NCBI RefSeq assembly: GCF_009914755.1
Contig: NC_060947.1
Reading direction: 5' to 3' (one strand)
DNA from: the human T2T-CHM13v2.0 reference genome, Homo sapiens
DNA length: 64,000 nt
Shown here: positions 53,664 to 64,000 of the stretch, one piece after another
Position numbering within the stretch: the first letter of the stretch is position 1
How the letters are laid out: each line of letters starts with the position of its first letter
Notes under the pieces: generated by a model
Database searches by the model: none
Told to the model about the DNA's origin: nothing
Seen by the model: only the letters and a program-made list of their open reading frames with translations
Made by a program: the position numbers and the translations under genes

Positions 53664-55858
53664 TAAATATGCAAAAAAGTGTACACCATGGGGAAATGAA
53701 ATAAGCTTCAAGAGTCCTCTACCATTCCAACCTTATAGGAGACAGTAAATTTGCTCACACAATGAACACATTGCTACTACAACCAGCATACGATAAAACT
53801 ATTATACAAAGACTCTATATAACCTAGGAACCTTACAGTCTCCACCCATGAAAGAACCAGTAACTGAATTAGGCTATGTTTCACTATAAGCATTAAAGTA
53901 GCATACTTAAGAGAAAAAAATTTAAAAACAAATAAACACAGTCAAATCAACATAAATTCAATAATAATTAGAAGAAACACTACCCAAATGAGAAAAAAAA
54001 TCAGAAAAGTAATTCTGGTAATATGACAAAACAGGGTTCTACAATGCCTTCAAAAGATCACACCAGCTGTCCAGTAATGGATTCAAATTAAGATGAAATC
54101 TTTAAAATATCAGATAAAGAATTCAGAAGGCTCATTATTAAGCTATTCAAGGATATACCAAGGAAAGGTGAAAGCGATCATAGATGACTTTACAAACAGT
54201 TCAGCATATGAATAAATGATGTTCTAGAGAGATAGATATCATAAAGGAAAACTAATTAAAACTTTTGGAAGTGAAATACAAAGGGAATTACAAAATGTAG
54301 TGGGAAATTTTTACAACAGACTAGAAGAACTAGAAGAAAAACTTCAGAGTTCAAAGACAAGGCTTTTAAATTAACATAATCAGAGAAAAATAAAGAAAAA
54401 AGAATCAAAAGAACAAAGTGTCCAAGAAATATCGGATTATGTAAAAAGGCTAAACCTAAGAATAATTGGTGTTCCTGAGAGAGAAGAGAAAAAAAAAAAG
54501 TCTGGATATCTTATTTGAGGGAATAATTGAGGAAAACTTCACTGGCCTGGCTAAAGATTTAGATATTCAAATACAAGAAGCTAAAGGAACTCCTGGGAAA
54601 TTCATTACAAATAGATCTTCACAAGGCACACAGTCATCAGGCTATCTAATTTCAACATGAAGGAAATAATTCAAAGAGCAATAAGACAAAAGTACAAAGT
54701 AACCTGTAAAGGAAAACCTATCAGACTAACAGCAGACTTCTTGGCAGAAACTTTAAAAGCCAGAAGAAATGGAGGTCCAATTTTCAGCCTTCTTAAACAG
54801 AATAATTGTCAGCTAAAAGTTTTGTATCCAGTAAAGCTGTTTCATAAATGAAAGAGAAATAAAATCATTTTCATACAAACAAATGCTTAGGGAATTTGTC
54901 ACTCCCAAATCAGCACTACAAATAATGCTAAAAGAAGTTCTAAATATTGAAGCAAAAGTTCAATATATGCCAAAATACAAATGCTTGAAAGCTTAAAACT
55001 CACAGGGCCTATTAAACAATAATATAATGAAAAAAAAAACTATCTTGTTAACAGTTAACATGATGAAGAGAGCATTACCTCATATCTCAATATTAGTGTT
55101 GAATATAAATGACCTAAATGCTCCACTTAAAATGTACACAATGGCAGAATGGATGAAAAATCACAAACCAAATATATGCTGTCTATAAGAAACTCACCTA
55201 AAACACAAGGATTCATATAAACTCAAGGTAAAGGGGTGGAAAAAGATATTCTATGTACATGAAAACCAAAAGCAAGCAGAACTATTCTTATATCAGAGAA
55301 AACAGATTTCAAAGCAATAACAGTTAAAAAAGACAAAGAAGGTAATTATAAAATGATTAAATAATCAATCCAACATGAAGATACCACAATTCTAAACTTA
55401 TATGCACCAAACACTGTAATAGCCGGATTCATAAAACAACTACTACTACACCTATTCAATGAGATAGACAGCAACACAATAATAGCGGGAGAATTCAATA
55501 CACAGCTTACAGCACTAGACAGATTATCAAGACAGGAAGTCAACAAAAAAATGGACTTAAATGACATAGTAGAAAAAATGGACTTAACAGATATTTACAG
55601 AAATTCTACCCAAGCATTGTAGAATATACATTCTTCTCATCAGCACATGGAACATTCTCCAAAGACGGACCATATGATAGGCCCCAAAACAAATCTCAAT
55701 CAAGAAAAAAGTGAAATTATATCAGCTATCTACTCAGACCACCATGGAGTAAAACTAGAAACCAACACCAAAAGGAATCCTCAAAACTATACAAATACAT
55801 GGAAATTAAATAATTTTTTCTTGAATGATTTATGGGTTAATGAAGAAATTAAGATTGA

Positions 55859-56247
<389 letters not shown>

Positions 56248-56266
56248 TTATAGTACTAAATGCCTA

Positions 56267-56779
<513 letters not shown>

Positions 56780-58947
56780 CTAGATTAACCAAGAAAAGAA
56801 CAGAGAAGCTTCAAATAAGTTCAATTAGAAATGAAGCTGAAGATATTACAACACCACAGAAATACAAAAGATCATTTGAGACTACTATGAACACCTTTAT
56901 GTGCACAAACTAGAAAACTTAGAGGAAATGGATTAATTTCGGGAAACATAAAAGCCTCCTAGATTAAATCAGGAAGAAATAGAAACCCTGAACAGACAAA
57001 TGACATGCAGCAATATTGAATCAGTAATTTTAAAATTGCCAACAAACAAAAAATAGCCTACAACCAGATGGATTCACAGCTGATTCTACCAGACATTCAA
57101 AGGAGAATTGGTACCAATCCCACGGGAAAAAAAAATGAGAAAGAGGGAATCCTCCCTAAAAAATTCAGTGAAGCCAGTATCACCCTGTTACCAAATCCAG
57201 TAAAGGACATTACAACACCACCAAAAAAACTACAGCCCAATAACTCTGATGAACATAGATTCAAAAAACCTGAGCAGAAAACTAGCTAACTGAATCTAAT
57301 AGCACATCAGAAAGATAACACAACATGATCAAGTGCATTTTATCCCAGGGATTCAGAGATAGTATAACATATGCAAATCAATAAATGTGATATATTAAAT
57401 AAACAGCATTAAAAGCAAAAGGCATATGATCATCTCAATAGATGCAGAGAAAGCATTTGAAAAAATCCAGCATCCTGTTATGACAGACACTCTCAAAAAA
57501 CTAAGCATAGAAGGGACTAACCTCAAAATAATGAAAGCCATATATGACAATCCCACGGCCAACATCATAATGAATGGGGAAGAGTTGAAAGCATTCCCCC
57601 TAAGAACTGAAACAAGACAAGTATGCCCATTTTCCTACTCCTATTCAACATAGTTCTGGAGGTCCTAGCCAGAGTAATCAGGCAAGAGAAAAGAATAACG
57701 GGCATACAAATTGGAAAAAAGATGAAGTCAAATTATCACTGTTTGTAGATGATATGATTGTATCATATCATCTACAGATAATATGGCACAATTTAGAAAA
57801 TTTTAAATATGTCTAGAAAATTTTAAAGATGCCTCCAAAAAATTGTTATGTTTGATAAAAAAAGTCAGTACATTTCAGATTACAAAATTAGTGTACACAA
57901 ATCAGTAGCACTGCTATGCTCAAACAATTACCATGCTGAGAATCAAATCAAACACTTAATTCCTTTAATAAGAGCTGGAAATAAATGAAATACCTAGAAA
58001 TATACTTAGCCAAGGAGGTGAAAGATTCCTACAAGAGAACTAAAAGACACTGCAGAAAGAAATCATATATGACACAAGCAAATAGAAACCCATCCTATGC
58101 TCATGGATTGAAAAAATCAATATTGCAAAAATAATCATACTACCCAAAGCAATCTACAGATTCAATGCAATTCCCATCAAAATACCAACATCATTTTTCA
58201 CCAAATTAGAAAAACAAATTCTAAAATTCACATGGAACCAAAAAAGAGCCTGATTAGTCAGAGCAATCCTAAGCAAAAAGAGCAAATCTGGAGACATCAC
58301 ATTACCAGACTTCAAATTATACTACAAGGCTAGAGTTACCCATATTGCATGGTACTGATATAAAAGTAGGCACATAGACCTAGTTTTGAAACAGAATAAG
58401 AAACAGAAATAAAGCCAAATACATACAGCCAACTGATCTCTGACAATGCATTCAAAAATATAAGTTGGGGAATGGAAAACCTATTTAATAAATGGTGCTG
58501 GGAAAGCTGGCAAGCCGCATGTAGAAGGATGAAACTGGATCCGTACCTCTCACCTTATATAAAAATCAACTCAAAATGTTTCAAAACCTTAAATATAAGA
58601 TTTGAGACCATAAAAATTCTAGAATATATCATGGAAAAAACTATTCTAGACATCAGTGTAGAAGAGAATTTATGACTAAGACCCAAAAAGCAAATGGAAT
58701 AAAAACAAAAATAAATAAATGGAACCTAATTAAACTAAAAAGGTTTGTACAGCAAAAGAAATAATAATCAGAGTAAATAGCCAACCCACAGAATAGAAGA
58801 AAATATTTGCAAACTATGCATCTGACATAGGACTAGTATCCATGTAATCTATAAGGAACTCAAACAAATCAGCAAGAAATAAACAATTCCATCAAAAAGT
58901 GGAAAAATGACAGGAATGGACATTTCCCAGAAGAAGAAATATAAATA

Positions 58948-59300
58948 CCAGTCATGATGGCTCATGCCTGTAATCTTAGCACTTTGGGAGGTCCAGGCAG
59001 GCAGATGGCTTGAGCCCAGGAGTTTGATACCTGCCTGGGCAACACAGTGAAAACCTATCTTTACAAAAAATATGAAAGTTATTCAGGTATGGTAGTTGCT
59101 TCAAAGGGGATATAAAATATAATTAGTTCTGTAGCTGTGAATGTTATAATTAAAATATCTGTACCTGTAGTCCCAACTACTTGGAAGGCTGACAGTGGAG
59201 GATCACTTGAGCCTAGGAATTAGAGGCTGCAGTAAACCCCCGAGATTATGACACTGCACGCCAGCCTAGGTGGCAGAGCAAGACTTTATGTCAAAAAATA
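58948..59300 (+). mobile_element. AluJ-like element with a ~64-bp foreign insertion in its right monomer
   Basis: Alu sequence breaks at about 59096 and resumes at gtacctgtagtccc (59161). Confidence 0.85.
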
Positions 59301-59352
59301 CATATATAGAAATGGCCAACAAACATATCAAAAAATGTTCAACCTCACTAAT

Positions 59353-61684
59353 TGTATTAGTCCATTCTTGCACTGCTATAAAGAAATACCTGAGACTAGG
59401 AAATGTATACAGAAAAGAGGCTTACTTGGCTCCTGGTTTCACAGGCCTTACAAACGGTGTGGCTGGGGAGGCCTCAGGAAACTTGCAGTCATGGCGGAAG
59501 GTGAAGGGGAAGCAGGCACATCTTACATGGCCAAAGCAGGAGCAAGACAGAGAGAGGGGAAGTGCTACACACTTTTAAACAACCATATCTCACAGTAACT
59601 CACTCAGTATCACAAGAAAAGTACCAAAAAGGAAATCTGCCCCCATGATCCAATCCACTCCCACCAGGCCCCTCCTTCAACACCAGGAATTACAATTTGA
59701 CATAAAATTTGGATGGAGACAAAGCCAAAACGTATCATTTCACCTCCTGCCCCTCCCAAATCGCATGTCTTTCTCACATTTCAAAACAATCATGCTATCC
59801 CAACAGTCACCCAAAGTTTTAACTCATTCCAGCATTAACTCAAATGTCCAAGTCCAAAATCTCATCTGAGATAAGACAAGGCAAGTCCCTTCTGCCTATG
59901 AGCCTGTAAAATTAAGGGCAAGATAATTACTTCCAAGATACAGTGAGGGTACAGGCATTGGGTAAATACACCTGCTTCAAAAGGGATAAATCAGCCAAAA
60001 CAAAGGGGCTACAGGCCCCATGAAAGTTTGAAACCCAGCAAGGCAGTCATTAAATCTTAAAGCTCCAAAATAATTCCTTTGACTCCATGTCTCACATCCA
60101 GGCCACACTGACTCAAGGGGTAGGCTCCCAAGGCCTTGGAAAGCTCCACCCCTATGGCTCTGCAGGGTACAGGTCCAATGACTGCTTTCATGGATTGGTG
60201 TTGAGTTCCTGTGGCTTTTCTGAGTGCACAGTGCAAGCTGTCAGTGGATCTACCATTCTGTGGGCCAGAGGACAGTGGTCGTCTTCTCAAAGCTCCACTA
60301 GGCAGTGCCCCTGTGGGGACTCTGTGTGGGGGATCCAATCCCACCTGACCCCTTTCCACTGCTGTGCTGGAATCTAGGCAGAGGCTCCTAAGCCTCAACT
60401 TTTGCCTTCTGCACTGTCACAGGCCCAACACCATGCAGAAGCCACCAAGGCTTGGGGCTTGCACTATCTAAAGCAATAGCGTGAACTGTACCATAGTCCC
60501 TTTTAGTCAAGGCTGGAGCTGGTGCAGCTGGGATGCAGGGCACCATGTTCCAAGGCTGCACAAGGCAGCAGTGCCCTGGGCCTGGCCCACAAAATCATTC
60601 TTCTCTCTTAGGCCTCCAGGCCTGTGATGGGAGGAGCTGCTGGGAAAGTCTCTGAAAGGCATTTGAGGCATTTTCCCCACGATCTTGGCTATCAACATTT
60701 GGCTGATCTTTACACATGCAAATTTCTGCAGGCAGCTTGAATTCCTCCCCAGAAAATGGATGTTTCTTTTCTTTCACATGGCCAGGCTGCAAATTTTCCA
60801 AACTTCCAGACTCTCTTCCCTTTTAAATATAAGTTTCAATTTCAGACCGTCACTCTGAGAATGAATATGAGCATACGCTGTTAGAAGCAGCCTGGCCAAT
60901 TCTTGAACACTTGCTGCTTAGAATTTTTTTCTACCAAATACCCTAAATCATTACTCTCAAGCTCAAAGTTCCAAAGATTCCTAGGGCAGGGGCACAATGC
61001 CTCCAAACTCTTTGCTAATGCATAACAAAAGTGGCCCCTGCTCCAGTTCCCAATAAGTTTCTCATCTTCATCTGAGACCACCTCAGCCTACACTTTATTG
61101 TTAATATCGCTATCAGCATTTTGGTCACAACAATTTAACAAGTCTCTGGGAAGTTCCAGACATTCCCTCATCTTCCTGCCTTTTTCTAAGCCCTCTACAC
61201 TCTTCCAACCTACGCCTGTTATTCAATTCCAAAGTCACATTTTCAGGTACCTTTATAGCAGTACCCTACTCCTGGTACCAATTTTCTATATTAGTCTGTT
61301 CTTGCACTGCTGTAAAGAAATATCTGAGACTGGGTAATTTGTATAGAAAAAAAGTTTAATTGGCTTCCAGTTCCACAGGCTGTGAAAGAAGCATAGCTGG
61401 GGGTGGTGGGGGAGGGGTCAGGAAACTTTCAATCATGGCAGAAGGCAAAAGAGAAGCAGGTTGATCTTACACGGCCAGAGCAGGAGTAAGTGCTACAGAG
61501 GGTGAAAGTGTTACAAACGTTTAAACAACCAGATCTCATGGTAACTCACTCACTATCACAAGAACTGCACCAAATGGGAAATCCACCAGCATGATCAAAT
61601 CACCTCCCACCAGGCCCCACCTTTAACATTGGGGATTAAAATTTGACATGAGATTTGGGCAGGGACACAGACCAAACCATATCA
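59353..61684 (-). mobile_element. Full-length MSTA-type MaLR (LTRs 59353-59737 and 61287-61684, plus internal region) inserted in L1 ORF2
   Basis: Perfect 5-bp TSD ctaat at 59348-59352 and 61685-61689. The L1 sequence resumes seamlessly. Confidence 0.92.
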
Positions 61685-62401
61685 CTAATCAGCAAGGAAA
61701 TGCAAAGTAAAACCACAACGAGGTACTGCCTTACTTCTCCAAGAATGGGCAGTATTTAAAAGTCAAAAAACAAGAGATGGTGGTGTGGATACAAGGTATA
61801 GGAAACGCTTATACGCTGCTGGTGGGAATGTAAATTTGTGCAACGTCTATGGAATCCAGTATGGAGATTCCTTAAAGAACTAAAAATACATCTAACGTTC
61901 AACACAGCATTCAACACAGGCCCACTACTGGATATCTACCCAAAGGAAAAGAAGTCATTATATAAAAAAGACACCTGCACTTGTATGTTTATAGCAGCAC
62001 AATTCTCAATTGCAAAGGTGTGGAATCAACCTAATTTCCCATTGACTAATGTGTGAATAAAGAAAATGTGGTATATGTACACCATGGAATACTACTCAGC
62101 CATAAAAAATGAAATAATATCTTTTGCAGCAACTTGGATATAGCTGTAGGCCATTATTCTAAGTGAAGTAACTCAGGAGTGGAAAACCAAGAACTGTATA
62201 TTCTCACTTATAAATGGGAGCTAAGCTATAAGTATGCAAAGGCATACAGATTGATATTATGGACTTTAGAGACTCAGAAGGGGGAAGGTCAGAGGAGGGA
62301 AAGGGATAAAATTAACTACATTAAGTACATTGTACACTACTCGGGTGATTGGTATACTAAAATCTCAGAATTCACCACTATATAATTCATCCATGTAATG
62401 A

Positions 62402-62764
<363 letters not shown>

Positions 62765-63610
62765 GAAAAAAAAATATTTCTTTACAGTAAGGCTGAGGGT
62801 CAAAACACACTAGGTAAAGACAGTAGGAAATCAGAGTCTTGGGACAATGATGCTAAAGAATCAGGAAATCAGGACACCCTGTTACACTGGGTTGGTGAAA
62901 GTTATGACCCTTGTCTTTTGCCAAAGTGATTAACAGAAAAACCAAGTACACACATGGGCTCTGTGTGCTTGTATTTTGGGCTTTTAAGGAAGCGGGAGGG
63001 GAAAGGCTACATCCAATTCAGAGGCCAGTCTTGGCAGGAAGAGGCGCCTGGAAGAGGGAGTGGACATGGGCAGCTCTGCAGGAGAGGAGAGTCCTTATGA
63101 TCTGCAGAAAGAAAAGAGGAGGGAACAGGATGCCCATTTAGGCTGAGAGGCAGCCCTGGGGCTGAGCAGTTAACGGGGCTACCTGCAGCTTCCAGGTAAA
63201 TGCTGATTCAAGAGTTGGTGTTTCCCCTTGTAGTCACAAAAGTAGGGAATAGTGAAAGGAACAACAGGGTCAGTGCCTAATCCATTCATGTAGTGTCCCA
63301 TTTGGAGCACTTTCAAGTGAGGAGTATCACGCAGGGTTCTTACACTTGGCTACGAGCCACCAAGCTATAGATAGGTTCTGCAGTGAAATAAGCAACTAAA
63401 AGATGAATAAAGCACTTCTGGTAACAAATACTTTTATGATCTTATTATTGCAACAAATGTTTGAACAAATGACTTTTATACAGCCTCCTGAATGTAAATA
63501 TTATGTTATTTTAATAGCACACAAAACTGCTATTTTTATTTTAATAAAATATTTAACTTTCAAAGGGGCTGACATAAAAAGCACATTAAGTGTACCCTCA
63601 GCTAAGTTGT

Positions 63611-63999
63611 TGTCTTACACAATTCCAGGTGCTATAATAAAATACCTTACAGTGGAAATAAGAAACAGAAATGTATTTCAATTATTTATAAATAACAGAA
63701 ATTTATTTCTCACATTTCTGGAGGCAGGGAAGTCCAAGATCAAAGGATCAGCAGATTTTGTGTTTGTTGAGGGCTCTTTGCTGGAAAGATGACATCTTGT
63801 CACTGAGTTCCCACATGGTGAAAGAGGGTGAGGGGCTGCCTGGTTCCCTAGAGCCCTTTTATTAGGGTACTTATTCTATTTAGGAGGGCAGTCATCATGG
63901 CTTAATCATTTCCTAAAGGCCACACCTCTTAAAACATTTGCATTGGGGATTAAGTATTCACTTGAATTTTGGAGAGACAGAAATTTTCAGACTATAGTA
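63611..63999 (-). mobile_element. MLT1A-like MaLR LTR
   Basis: aacagaaatttatttctcacatttctggaggcagggaagtccaagatcaa...ttcagactatag. Confidence 0.8.
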
Positions 64000-64000
64000 G

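Overview
Primate (very likely human, X-linked) genomic DNA, made mostly of interspersed repeats. It holds one recognisable protein-coding gene, SPANXN3, on the minus strand: exon 1 CDS 32622-32699 plus exon 2 CDS 24123-24470 give 141 aa with a coding 39-bp minisatellite. About 98% of its 8.15-kb intron is a decayed, antisense, full-length class I endogenous retrovirus with a tRNA-Phe primer site, ending 7 nt from the splice donor. The rest is a 5'-truncated HERV-H/LTR7, two full-length MaLR elements (THE1, MSTA), two near-full-length old L1s facing away from each other, a MER75 piggyBac MITE, MER8, Alus and MIRs. I found no convincing wholly new biological system. The least-explained signals are a 110-bp copy of the ERV leader inside only its 5' LTR, a 19-bp minisatellite in gag, and several fold-back or templated-insertion scars. 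Gene and repeat-family names come from recalled sequences, not a database search, and many repeat boundaries are approximate.
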